Assembly (NCBI GenBank): GCA_002633005.1
Contig: NMRA01000002.1
Span: 2,869,194-2,933,193, forward strand
DNA: 64,000 nt
From: Phoronis australis
Taxonomy: Eukaryota; Animalia; Phoronida
Reading direction: 5' to 3'
In this document: positions 47,425-60,700 of the stretch, in pieces
How positions within the stretch are numbered: the first letter of the stretch is position 1
Layout of the letters: each line of letters starts with the position of its first letter
Notes under the pieces: model-generated
What the model was told of the DNA's origin: nothing
Seen by the model: the letters and a program-made list of their open reading frames with translations, nothing else
Databases searched by the model: none
Translations under genes and position numbers: made by a program

Positions 47425-50400
47425 CAACCCTGATGGTGTAATATATAGTAGTGGGTTTGAATTGACCTAGTCAACCATCGTGCTCCCTTTGGAAAGGATA
47501 GACACTATTCTGTAAGTGCTTGTTGACAGCAAAGAGAGTTACTGAAGAATGGATGTGGCTCATGAGGACGTTGGTCTATTTGGACTGCACATGTACCTAT
47601 GGGGTTGTGCAGTTTGAAACGCAAACATATTTAGGGCAGTGTTAAAATTTGGTTGATAAAATCATGCTCCTGGTGTCCTCACAAGACTGGAAAAAGTAAA
47701 TTTGAACAGGCATCGGTAGAGAAAGACAAAATGTAATTGGGACATAAAAGTTTCAGGTTATAACGGCTGAAGGAGCAGGCATCAGAACAACTACAGTATC
47801 CACCTTTATACCGTCTTAAATTTGAGTTAACCTTAGCCAAGGGGAGTTTGGTGCATGGAAAAAGCAATCAAAAGGTTCGCTGATAACTATTTCGCATGTA
47901 CCCGTGGTAATAATTGATTACTGGCATTGCGTTTTAGCACACTCCCAACTTTTTTCACATATAATCCCATCTGCATTCATGAAATGTGTGATACAAGCCA
48001 TGGGCTTATGTGCACCAACCCAATTACATGACCTGGCAGATAGGGTACTCAACTCACATAAGGCGGATTCTACCGGACAGAGGTCTCGTCCAAGTTCAAC
48101 GAAATCTCACTTTTCTGAAGGATCTAATGTACAAACTAGAACAACTGTACTGTCAAACTTTGTTGTACTTGAGCGAAAATTCTACTTGTGCATCGCCCGC
48201 TTTTATGTATTTTAAACTTTGTGTGGTCTAATAAAATTGTACCATTGTCGTAAAATTGTGTGCAAATTTGAAGCTTGCTAGGGCCATGCTTTTCAGTCCT
48301 AGATTTCTTAATATTGGTACAAAGATCAAATTTCCAAGTCTCAAGTTTTACTGTACTTGTAAGTTTCGGGAGCCAATGCCACATCGATATAAACGGGACA
48401 AAATTTTCAACTTCAGGATGGGCCTATAAACAAGCATGGCCTGGGCATTTAAGGATTATTTTTTATACTTGGAGATCAGCATTTAGCTTAAAGTGGCATT
48501 ATTAGTTTTATGTTAAAAAATGCATTTTGCAGGGTTATTGTTGGACAGGATAGATTTCTCCAAGTCATTGACTTTGACCAGAGCTACAAAATTTAAACAA
48601 AAAAACTGTTGTTTTGTGACAAAATCAAATCATCACTCCTCGCCCTTATATGCCAGGCACTGACTGAAGTAAAGGCTGATGTTTTTACCAGTTAAATACC
48701 AAAATTCTCTGCCATTTATGGAGTGAGATTTGGGCCTGCCAGCAGAGCATTAGACTGCTTCAGCTGGCTATGCAGGTTCTATTCCAGGCTAAGACTTATC
48801 TTGGAAGGTCACTGTTCCTGGAGATAGTGTTCCTTTAACAGGCTGTTGACTGAGGTGAATGTGATTCTTTCCTGGTTGTGTCACAAAGGTGAACAGTCTT
48901 TCCCTAGGCACTTTGAGCCTCTAAAGCACTTGTCCACTCACCGATTTGGTCAATTTTGTATCAAGTTTTCAAACGTCCTTCAAGTTCCATGCAGGTGTCT
49001 GGGATTGGGGAGCACTATTTTCTGATTTTGTTTGGAAGATTTAGTTGATTTGGTGAGAGTTGTTCTCTGTTTTATTGAAGCAGAAATTGATAAAAGACAA
49101 TTTTTTCTTAATTTGCGCTCTTCATTTATGTAATGAAAACTGAAAGATTAAAATGTTAGGTCTGCTAATGGTATGAAATTGGTTTTACAGCCTGGTATTT
49201 TATTTATAACTTATTTTAGGGAAATTGACGAATATAGTACTCAGTAGCAGAGACCATTAGACAGCTTTTGTAACTTCTGTTTTGTCTAATATATAATTTG
49301 TATATTCTTTACAAAATATGTTCGTGACGTTTCCTGATCTTTTTTGGCTGTCATTTACAAAGGCACCAAATTGGTCCACATTCAGGTGTATGTCCAGTGG
49401 GCTTGCCTTAAAATACAATTTCAAAATCGTGTCCGAGGAGGCAGTGGTGTATTGTGAGTTATGGAGAGCCTCGGGGAATGACAAACAAACCAACCACTGG
49501 GGAAATGTCTTCGATTCGTGACTCAGCGAACAATGCTACCTAAAGGAACAATAGGTACCAATATTAACAATGATATTTATAGGTGATCTCATCCTTGGTT
49601 GGTTTTCATAGTCCACCAGACTACATGAAAATTTTGTTTTTCATATACCCTCATTGGCATCTCTCCAAACTTCTTGTGCGTTTTGATGTCATTGACGCCA
49701 AGAAGGACCATTGTGAGTAAAGTTGTGTTAAATGTCCGTAGTTAATATTTTGCGGCTTGCTTAGAGGATAAATACCAGTCGATAGAAGATTTCACACAGT
49801 TGTTGGCATACATTACTGTATTTTCGTTATTCTTCTGTTTAAACACTCCTGCTTTCTCGGTTACTTTTTAAGGGTTTCGGAAACGGTGATCTTCTCAAAC
49901 ACGATTAAAACTTAGTGTTGAAATCTTCGTTCCCACAGAAATATTCAACAGTGCAGTATTCCGGCGGGATGCGTCGACACTACTGCTTCTTAAACGATCG
50001 TGTAGTGTTCCGCGTCAGCTAGATGTTCGATGTACAACAAAGGCCGACCTGGGGTTATTTTGAATGTTTTGGAAAGTGATAAGAAGTTGCGGGTGCTGTA
50101 AAGAACAGGAAAACCTTTCGTTTATGCTCATTAGGGTTAGTCACGTTTTGCCGGGTTTTTTTAGCGCCAAACCTGAAAAGGCTTGGCAGCTCCTAATCAC
50201 CGAGGCCACTGAGACGTACTGATAATCCAACGGATTCAGATGACGGAAATCAATTAGACGACATCACTGCTGATCGACTTCAGTGAACACAAGACTAATG
50301 GGGCACCTCTGCATACATTAGCCTCAAGGTGAACAGAAAAACTTCTCATATCCAACAAATTATATACACTTTCCGTGTTGAACACGATGTAGGGACCAGT

Positions 50401-50621
50401 ACTGCGCATTTGAATTTGTTCTGCGTGCGGAACAATGCAGACTCATTGTGAGTAACCTTAATATTTAAATGCCAGTGTATTTCATCAAAAAGTCTGCAAA
50501 ACTAGAATTTAACCACAAAAAAATATTTTTAGAAGGAAGAAAGCGTTTCCAGAATATTATCTTGAACTTAATGACAATCTGCCATTTAACTGGGCATTAT
50601 CGACAAGGGACATCATCATAA

Positions 50622-50694
50622 CCGCGCCAGCGCGGATTCGAACCGAAAATCTTCGCATTCGCAACTGTAACCCTCTGCTGACTAACGCGCAGCC
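50622..50694 (-). pseudogene. tRNA-derived sequence (pseudo-tRNA or SINE head)
   Basis: B-box GGTTCGAATCC on the minus strand; stems and A-box degenerate. Confidence 0.35.
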
Positions 50695-51415
50695 AATAGG
50701 CTTAAATAACTATTTCAAGAGTATTGAACTGGTAAAGTCACTGCCTTCGTTTCGGTCACTGACTGGCAGACGTCGTTGAAAATTGACGATTGTAGTAAAA
50801 GCACAAAAACAACTAATGTTATTATTTTATAGCTTTGGTCAACGCTAATAACTTTAAAAAATCTATGCCATACAACAAGTATCCCCAAAATGCGTATTTC
50901 GGCCGTAAAAACGATAATCTGATAATCTTCCTTTGATCGTGTCACGTGACCATGTCTTTTTTAGCTGAATTGACTGAGCAACAGAGAAACTGGTGTTGTC
51001 CTACTTCTGTAGCAAAACAAAGTCAACAGTAACGTGACCAAATGTCTTTTGATAAGCATTCAATTTGGCATCTTAAAAACGATGTCACAGTTTTCTGAAT
51101 TTTCCTTATTCTTTTATGGGTCAGACGTGTTTGGCAGTAGAATTGGTTAAACAAACGACAGTGTTGCCTGTTCACAGTTTTAATGGAGTGCCCCTTAAAT
51201 TCGCGTTATATTTGACTTAATGTCGTTCGCATTTGCGCATGGTGTGATCTGAAGCTAGTTCATAATAATAGGAGGCCGAAAAGAAGGTGTTAAATGGCAG
51301 TTAGTACAGAAGAATGTTACAAAGTACTTCAAACAATGTCTGTGTTTTATGCAACTTTTGTTTGTTCGTTTTTTGTAAAAATCATCCCCCGTTACTGTGG
51401 TACCGTTACGTAGAC

Positions 51416-52703
51416 GACATTTAAGTTAAGATCCAGGGATAGGCCTACTTACTACGTTAGTGAAGTTTTAGACCATATCGAGCGCGCATAGGATGACGCC
51501 GGAGCTCCCATGTCTCGACACTTGTAGATCGGTAGTACTAAGATTACAATTTACCCGAAACCAGAGGGCGGACAGGCTGAATTTCTCTCCAACCATCGTG
51601 TTCAATGACCAGTATTACATACACTTTTAAAGAGAGCTGTAAGATGACTACTCCTACTGGATGTTCGATCCCAGACCTCACGTGTCGTAGGAGGTTGACC
51701 CCTTTAAGGTCGACATAGCTCTTCCGTACGTTCATAGTCTCTCGGGAAAACTATCAAACAATTTCAGAGAACACAATTTAGGCACGTATCGCAAACCCGT
51801 TCAACACCCTACGAAGTGTGTTGGTCCACCCGAAGGACAACTCAAAAAACTAAAAGTGTGGGGTCGTATATAGGGTCAAGTGGCCCGATTGTCCTGCGAA
51901 ATATGTTGGTGATTGGACTTTGAACCTTGCTCAAGGAGCATGTTAATATATCACTGATGTGGCACCCCTGTGCGGGGGCAGAACATCTGGATACAGCCAG
52001 TGCCCCTACCACGGAAGCGCCCAAATGGACTCGAAAGATAGCATCTCGAGAAAAAATANGGACATTTAAGTTAAGATCCAGGGATAGGCCTACTTACTAC
52101 GTTAGTGAAGTTTTAGACCATATCGAGCGCGCATAGGATGACGCCGGAGCTCCCATGTCTCGACACTTGTAGATCGGTAGTACTAAGATTACAATTTACC
52201 CGAAACCAGAAGGCGGACAGGCTGAATTTCTCTCCAACCATCGTGTTCAATGACCAGTATTACATACACTTTTAAACAGAGCTGTAAGATGACTACTCCT
52301 ACTGGATGTTCGATCCCAGACCTCACGTGTCGTAGGAGGTTGACCCCTTTAAGGTCGACATAGCTCTTCCGTACGTTCATAGTCTCTCGGAAAAACTATC
52401 CAACAATTTCAGAGAACACAATTTAGGCACGTATCGCAAACCCGTTCAACACCCTACGAAGTGTGTTGGTCCACCCGAAGGACAACTCAAAAAACTAAAA
52501 GTGTGGGGTCGTATATAGGGTCAAGTGGCCCGATTGTCCTGCGAAATATGTTGGTGATTGGACTTTGAACCTTGCTCAAGGAGCATGTTAATATATCACT
52601 GATGTGGCACCCCTGTGCGGGGGCAGAACATCTGGATACAGCCAGTGCCCCTACCACGGAAGCGCCCAAATGGACTCGAAAGATAGCATCTCGAGAAAAA
52701 ATA
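51416..52703 (+). mobile_element. Decayed Penelope-like element fragment present twice (51416-52058, 52061-52703), n at 52059
   Basis: IALPYVHSLSGKL...KP/FNTLRSVLVHPKD...KCGVVYRVKWPDCPAKYVG = RT-thumb linker plus GIY-YIG endonuclease start; copies differ at about 4 positions. Confidence 0.85.
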
Positions 52704-53722
52704 GGCCTCCGTTGGTAATTATTATTATTTCAATACAACATAACAGCTTTTTCGGAACACTTAGCGTGATGAAATTTAAGAAAGACTTATTTCTGCATCA
52801 TTCGACCTCTGACCCCTTGGTGACATACACATTCAGTATATGTGAAATACTTAGAAGTTTTGCTGTCTTATCTTAAAGCCAAAACATGTATCTAACCATC
52901 TCTTTTACATCGCCATCACCAGTCTTACCATCTAGAAATAACACACGAAACGTGTCAAACAATGCTCTCTGAGGTTTTCATTACAAGAACAGTTCCGAAG
53001 AATATCAGACATTCTGACCTTCTCCTGTCAAACTTAGCTCGCAGTTGTAGGCTGATATTCTTAGTTTCGTTATGTTATGAAATTGGCCTCAAAGTATGCC
53101 TTGGCCAAATTGAAAATGATTTCAAACATTTCCTTATTGCTCGAGACCAGGCTCCGCTACAGGTTAACTTGTCACGGCGGGTCATTTTACCCGCCGATCA
53201 TGGTCTCAAGAAATGACCTACTTTCAGTTTTGCAAACCCAGAAATCCTCATCTGAGTACAGAATAAGTTGAGATCTACGTCATAAGTTCGCTTCTTGGAC
53301 GGAACGCAGATTTATTTACGCCTTTTAAAGTGGCTATATAAACCTGCGTCGAAATTATTCTCAGAGACTTCATCGGTCAAATGTTGACATTGTTGTTTTT
53401 ATATTTTCTTGTTAAAATAGTTTTATATTACGGCTCCAATTAGTTTTGAGAGCAATTTGAGACCAATTTCACAACCAATGCCACAAGGGTAAGTCGGCTA
53501 AATTAAACGTTACTTGTTGTGATGGAAGGCGGGTTTATAGTTTCAATGACCAATGCAATGGCCCATTCCATTCCCCTCGTCGTGCATGGTGAAGTGGTAG
53601 AAAATTCACACACTACATTCCACCGTCCATGCGAATGTTTATTAGGCCCATGTGCCCATATCCGAAATTCATAATGCGTGTTTAAAGGAAAATTGTTCAA
53701 GTGTTTTGCATATGAGTGCATG

Positions 53723-54064
53723 CAGGGGCGGATCCAGGATTTTGAGTTAGGGGGGCCAGGGCACAGGAATAACCAGAATTTCGGCAGATGCGCACGCCCA
53801 GCCTAAACTGTAGGGGATCTCGAATGTTTGGGTTTGCGGACCGTTTGACTAAAAAAATTCAAAAAACGGTAAACGGGCTTTGTTCAGGGCCTATGCATTG
53901 CTTATTCACCCCCCGATCCCCCCTGGATGCGCGTATGTGCTAGTCAGCAATTCGCACCGGCCTGCCAAATGGTATCTGGTAGAATTTTAGGGGGGGGCAT
54001 GGCCCCCTNTACAGCCGAACAAAAAGTTGGGCCCCCCCCTTGTGATATCCTAGATCCGCCACTG
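53723..54064. mobile_element. MITE (CAGGGGCGGATCC ... GATCCGCCACTG)
   Basis: TIRs; inverted homolog at 54958-55639. Confidence 0.8.
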
Positions 54065-54894
54065 TACAAGGTACGAACAAGGTTTATGCATGAAATAACA
54101 CCAACCAAATGCGAAGTATACTATCGTCGTATTGTCGAAAATGTAACGTGGTGTGCTCGAGATAGAAAAGGCGTGGGGCTACAAAAAGTTATCGGTTGGG
54201 GAAAATACAAAACCTTTGTGCTCCAAGCGCTATTATTATACCGCCATGATTAAAGGACCGATCACTAGAATGACATGAAATCCGCAGTCGTAACAAAGGC
54301 CTGCAGGCACACGTTTGATTGCCGACTCCTTCCAACTGTTCATATTTCGGAAGTCAATTAACCAATCAACACTAAGCACGTGAAACTGTCAAACCAATAA
54401 GGAACTACTGACACTTTGGCCGTGGGAACAACTTCCATTTTGTCACTAAGTTGATCAACCTACCAATACTTTTGCCTTTTCTTGTCAGAAACAAAGGTGC
54501 GCTTTGACGGAATTATGCGTCTCTTGGTAAGTATAAATTGCACGTGTACAACGCTTCGTAACGACGGGTGTTGATGGTGTAGACCTGCGATAGGCCTGCA
54601 CCTCATAAGAAACCATGCGGCTAGAATTAGAGAACAAAGTGTTAACAAATGTGCAGGTATTCCAAAATATTACCCACGTTTTTGCATATTAAAATTTGTT
54701 TCTAAAACAACCACTATCGAATTTAACAAATCAAAATCATGATTCGATGACATCGCTGCCAAATTAATATTAAATGTTGTTTCCTGATCGTTTTCTTGAT
54801 CGTTTAAACTTGGTTTTATTTGTCTACCTTTCTGCGAGCTCACTGCGAAGAACAAATTTTTTTGAAGTACAGCAATTCCTAATTGTGTGTTTCA

Positions 54895-56320
54895 GAAAAC
54901 TGTGTTCTTCAAAATGCACAGTTTGTGCAGCCGTGTCAAAATATGGCTTTATTGGCCCAGTGGTGGATTTAGGGGGGGGGGNNNNNNNNNNNNNNNNNNN
55001 NNNNNNNNNNNNNNNNNNNNNNNNNNNNNNNNNNNNNNNNNNNNNNNNNNNNNNNNNNNNNNNNNNNNNNNNNNNNNNNNNNNNNNNNNNNNNNNNNNNN
55101 NNNNNNNNNNNNNNNNNNNNNNNNNNNNNNNNNNNNNNNNNNNNNNNNNNNNNNNNNNNNNNNNNNNNNNNNNNNNNNNNNNNNNNNNNNNNNNNNNNNN
55201 NNNNNNNNNNNNNNNNNNNNNNNNNNNNNNNNNNNNNNNNNNNNNNNNNNNNNNNNNNNNNNNNNNNNNNNNNNNNNNNNNNNNNNNNNNNNNNNNNNNN
55301 NNNNNNNNNNNNNNNNNNNNNNNNNNNNNNNNNNNNNNNNNNNNNNNNNNNNNNNNNNNNNNNNNNNNNNNNNNNNNNNNNNNNNNNNNNNNNNNNNNNN
55401 NNNNNNNNNNNNNNNNNNNNNNNNNNNNNNNNNNNNNNNNNNNNNNNNNNNNNNNNNGGGTGAATAAACAATGCCCTGAACAAACCCCCGATTACCGTTT
55501 TTTTAGTCAAACGGTCCACAAACCCAAAAATTCGAGACCCCTGCATCCCTACAGTTTAGGTTGGGTGCGCGCGTCTGCCGAAATTTTGGTTATTCCTGTG
55601 TCCTGCCCCCCCCAACTCAAAATCCTGGATCCGCCCCTGTGGCCCTTGTTCTTTCGAGAATAAAAATGTCCATTTTGTATGCTTCGGTGTATATCAAGTT
55701 TTGGAGAGCTTTAGGGAGGAAAAGGCGGAATGTTAGAAGGCATTAGCAAATGGTTAGGAGGACGAAACCATCTCTCGGCATACAGCTACCTGGTGTGACA
55801 TTTGATTGGTTTAAACAGAAATTTGTGGAGAAAGTCATCGGCCTATGACATTGATTGGACAACACGTACACTCCCTGTCTTTGAACTAAACCTAATGTTT
55901 ATTAATGAGGGCATTTGAAAGATCAGTTTATACAAATAACCCAAACGATATCGAGGAGCTGAAGAGAGAAATCCTGCAAAAAATCAGCAACATAGGCTAC
56001 TCCATGATAAATGTAGGTCAGTAATCGACAATATTGCGCACCGTCTAGCTGCTTGTCTCGCTGGTTCCCTGCGTGCCGCTAGGTGGTCGGTAGGAAACCA
56101 GCGAGTAATGCTTGTGTGCTTGTAGTAAAACGATGGACACTTAGAGTAAATTTTAAGCAGGCGATAAAACGGTGACGAATCAACATTGTATTTGGAATTT
56201 GGTAGAAATGACATCCATTCAGAGGAGTTTTGAATCCCAAAGTTTGGCAATGATCTCGTTACAAGTAATTATTTTGAAAGCAAAAACGTAGGCAACATTT
56301 TTGGGTCTCCTCGTTGTATT
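54895..56320 (+). mobile_element. Decayed Tc1/mariner-family transposase remnant, interrupted by a MITE
   Basis: SSKCTVCAAVSKYGFIGP|LFF; DWFKQKFVEKVIG; GHLKDQ/YTNNPNDIEELKREILQKISNI; IAHRLAACL; many stops and frameshifts; boundaries approximate. Confidence 0.72.
54958..55639. mobile_element. MITE, inverted copy of the 53723 family (contains N gap 54982-55457)
   Basis: CAGTGGTGGATTTAG ... GGATCCGCCCCTG; TGGCC duplicated on both sides. Confidence 0.8.
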
Positions 56321-57168
56321 GTATGTTCGAGATGTTTTTGATTTTGCCCACAGGAGGGGGTTCCTTTGGCTTCACCCGAAAAACAGATATGGACTAACAA
56401 ATGAAATATTAAACGTTATACAGCATTAGGCTACATGGAATGATCCCGAGGGTGATATCAGGTCATACATGGATCGGGGATTGGTCTATATTTGTTTTTA
56501 TACGATCATTGCTCCTCTGATTTCTTCGTCTGTTTGTGTATTGGCATACTTTAATGCAGCGTCATCGTATGCATGCTTTGTATACACCGTCGGTCACCGG
56601 TTAATGGTTTCTTCACGCTTTAATTTATCAGATTACGAAAAGCGACGGGCGGCATGATTGAAAAAACAAATTCCACGCCTAGCCGGTCGACATCATCTCA
56701 TAACGGAAGTTATCGTACTGCAAATGACCACGAAAGTTGAGTGACAGCTAACGACGACAAAATACAGCTTTAAAGTTTTACTTCCTCTCCGCTGCGGTCG
56801 TCATAGTTTTCTGTTAAAAGTGATGACCATTTATCTGAACGAAACATTGACGCGGTACAACAGAGGGCCCCATCTGAACCCTAATTGGTTCCTGAAGCTT
56901 AACACTTCATTTACTTCGAGGACAAAAACCAGTCCCGCCACTAAGTGGTGGAGCATAGTTTAGGTCGTTCTCCGCCACTAGAACAAGACGTGCTAACTGT
57001 TGGAATAATACTGTAATTGCTCTCAATTTGCAACGACTTGTGCAACCCTTCACGCCACAATCTATTGCGTATTACATATATTTTTGCAACAACTGAGGCG
57101 GTGTGCTATTCAAAAGTTTGTGCAGAACTGTTGCAAAACATAAAATCAGTTGTCGGTTTGCGCAGTCN

Positions 57169-57391
57169 ACACATCCGAGGTAGAACAATGACTGACTCGG
57201 CAGCTCTCACAGTCAGACTATATGAAAAGAAATTGGCGCGAAATACTTGCCTCCTTAAACGTCACTTCCGGAGTAGCGGACGAGTAATTAATAAAATTAC
57301 GAAAAGCTGTAATTAAGTGGAAAATATGTCTAGGATAACCAACCAACCTTATTTTAGCTCAAAATGACATGGAAAAAGGTTGCCTTCGCCT
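57169..57391 (-). mobile_element. Left end of a second Kolobok copy at a TTAA site
   Basis: reverse complement of 58338-~58610; ends TTCGCCT-TTAA; truncated at n 57168. Confidence 0.85.
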
Positions 57392-57792
57392 TTAACACTT
57401 CATTTACTTCGAGGACAAAAACCAGTCCCGCCACTAAGTGGTGGAGCATAGTTTAGGTCGTTCTCCGCCACTAGAACAAGACGTGCTAACTGTTGGAATA
57501 ATACTGTAATTGCTCTCAATTTGCAACGACTTGTGCAACCCTTCACGCCACAATCTATCGCGTATTACATATATTTTTGCAACAACTGAGGCGGTGTGCT
57601 ATTCAAAAGTTTGTGCAGAACTGTTGCAAAACATAAAATCAGTTGTCGGTTTGCGCAGTCCGTCACGACTCAAATTATGGTAGCCTATGTAAAACAAAAC
57701 ATTTAAAAACTGGCTTAGGACATGCCAGATTTGAAAACTCATTTGACCATATTATACGTTACTGTACTTCTGCCTTACTTTTCGTCCCTAAG

Positions 57793-60700
57793 GTTTTTGG
57801 TATCGTGGCATGCTTGATCGTGGGATGTTCCCACGCTGAGTGGCCGACCTGGTTTAAAACCTGTGACGGTGGTTACATTCAACATGCCGGTAGATCCTGC
57901 TACAAGTTCGTCAGCGCTTCGGAGGACTGGTGGACGGCCATGAGGAAATGTCACGAGGAGGGAGCCCATCTTGTTACCATCACTTCAGTATATGAGCAAC
58001 GATTTTTGGAAAGAGTTATAATGCACACCTACCGCAACAAAGGCTGGTTCGATAATTCACTGTGGATTGGGGCACACAACCAAATCAACAAAACTAAATT
58101 TATTTGGGAATCGAATGGACATCCGGTTACCTACACCAACTTCGGTAAAGGTAGGTAGGCCCTACTTTCACGCCACGATACGAAAGGGTACTTCACTAAT
58201 TGTTTCAGTGATCCTAAAAGTTATTGATCTATTAACTTGGAAAATTGTCTTATGCAAGTCGGTGCAAAACTCTCCTTTGCAAAGTCCACAGTATCTAAAA
58301 AATTCTCCAAAATGGCCGGCATTATTGCCATCATTAAAGGCGAAGGCAACCTTTTTTCATGTCATTTTGAGCTAAAATAAGGTTGGTTGGTTATCCTAGA
58401 CATAATTTCCACTTTATCATAGCTTTTCGTAATTTTGTTTATTACTCGTCCGCTACTCCGGAAGTGACGTTTTAGGAGGCAAGCATTTTGCGCCAATTTC
58501 TTTTCATATAGTCTGATNAGTGACGTTTTAGGAGGCAAGCATATTCGCGCCAATTTCTTTTCATATAGTCTGACTGTGAGAGCTGCCGAGTCAGTCATTG
58601 TTCTACCTCGATTGTGTTAAGTTACGTCGTCGTTTGCTTTCATTTACTAGTCAGTCAACATGCCACACTGTTGCTACGTACCGGGATGTACTAATTATCG
58701 TCTCACAAGCGCTTTGGGAGTACCCTAGCATCGCTTTCCGATGGATGACACACTTCGCCGTACTTGGCTCGTTCGTGTGAAGAACGCAGCGTTACTCGTC
58801 CACGCAACGTGAATGAAAAAAAACAAAAAAAAAACAGTGCTGGTGGTCTGATGTCATTTGCGGTGCATCAGACGTGCGCAGGCCTCATGGTTGGGCCCAT
58901 TGCACAAAACACCTGAGCAAAGGCACGAGACCCCAATTATGGCTCCTCGTGAAGAAAGTTTTCAAGTCTGCCTGTCTCCTTTAGGAAAACGGACAGACGT
59001 TTCCATTTGTTGTCATGCACTATATGTTGTAGGCATGTAACAGTGCCATCCAGTAGGTTGCTCCTTAGCCTATAAAAAGCTGGGCAAGACTCTACTAGGT
59101 GTTTAGGAGATTCTACGTCAGTACCACACTCCGGACACACAGGGCTCCCCATATGCCCAATAATGTGTCTGTGTCGGGCTAGGTTGCAGTGGCCTGTCAA
59201 AATTTGAATGACGTGTCTTATACCCAATCTATCTAGACTCAGAAGGATTTTTTAACCTTTTGGTTCGATCACGTTGGGAAAATTCTCCTTGGTCTCTCTG
59301 CAGGAGTTAAGTGATGCCCACTGGGCTGCTGACTGGGTATGTACCCAACGCAACGTACAAAGCAGTCGAGAATTACCGTGTGTGTGGCAAGCACTTTCTG
59401 CCGTCCGATTACGAAAGGGATTTGTACGCTGAACTGACGAAGGTCACTGTGAAACAACGCCTGAAGAAGGATCCCATTCCGTCTGTGTTGATTCCCGGCA
59501 GTGCCCCGTCGCCACCCCCGAGAAGTTCGTTTTTGAAGAGAGAAGCCTCGCGAGCTGTGGCCAGTACAGTGACTGGAGCCAGTGGAGGCACTTCATCCAC
59601 TGTCACCCGTGCCTCCGAACGTACCCCAGAGCGTGCCATTCCTGGAACCAGTAGTGATTCGCCCTGTGCTGTTTTCTCCAGCCCAGAGCCTCTAAGCAGC
59701 CCTGCAGCGATATTGAGTAGTGGGAGTGATTACAGGCCCAGTTCGACACCCAGTGAAGAGGACAGTTCGTCGTCCAGTGAACAGATCGGTGAGCCAAACT
59801 TTGATAAGTTTATTGTGGACTTGTCTAAAGTGTTGGAGCTATTTAGAAGGTGCCAGGTGTGTGGCGAGGGAGTCACACGACACGATGTAAGCAGTTTGGG
59901 TGCTCAGGTCACCATCCAGTGGGAGTGTGTCGCGGGACACTCTGGCAAGTGGGACAGTTGTTCCTCTGTCCGTGGTATGCCGGAGGTCCACTTAACCATG
60001 TCCAGTAGTGGCTTGGCCTCGTCGAACTCTGAACAGCACAAGCATTCCATTGAGGTAGGCATAACAACGCACACAGTGCATTTGCACCAAGATGTGTCAC
60101 CACGTCTGTCCTCAGTAGCCGCCTCGTTTCTCTCAACAGCTGCCTGTGCCTGTGCGTACTCTGCCTCGTTATACTCGGGCTCAAACATGTACCCACCCAC
60201 TGAATGTCCGTGAAAAAATTCCTCGTCACCACTGCTGTGAACAAGGTCTCCGTCACTCACACTCCTGTCACTGTGATACGGGTCACCGACTCCAGCCATT
60301 TTCAGCTTACAACACACTAAACAATCCCTAAATCCAACGTAGTTGAGTTCTCTACTAACCTATCTTGCCGCAGAATACTCGCCGATGGAAAGTGGTGGCG
60401 ACAATTGTTGAAAAACAGCACAAAACAAAAGTAGAATAGAACAGATTCGCACGGTAAACTCAACGCAAAACCAAGTGGCGGGAAACGCTTGCCTCCTAAA
60501 ACGTCACTTCCGGAGTAACGGACGAGTAATTAATAAAATTACGAAAAGCTGTAATTAAGTGGAAAATATGTCTAGGATAACCAACCAACCTTATTTTAGC
60601 TCAAAATGACATGAAAAAAGGTTGCCTTCGCCTTTAAGGACCTTTACTTGCCTATTTGAGTTTTAATGCAAAACACTATTCGGTTTGAACGGCATAAATG

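Larger units (their letters stand above)
58338..60633 (+). mobile_element. Internally deleted Kolobok DNA transposon
   Basis: TTAA duplication (58334-37, 60634-37); ~147-bp TIRs starting AGGCGAAGGCAACC; THAP ORF on + and KolX-like ORF on -, convergent. Confidence 0.9.

Noticed and set aside
48640-49500. Coding-like minus-strand patches downstream of NOC3L
   Set aside because: Short, interrupted by stops, no motif or consistent splice model
54774-55663. Three 229-258-aa ORFs
   Set aside because: Artefacts of reading through the 476-N gap
59311-60213. Intact domesticated THAP gene
   Set aside because: Begins inside a LINE insert, has only half the THAP domain, and its C-terminus is antisense KolX; the upstream half has a stop codon
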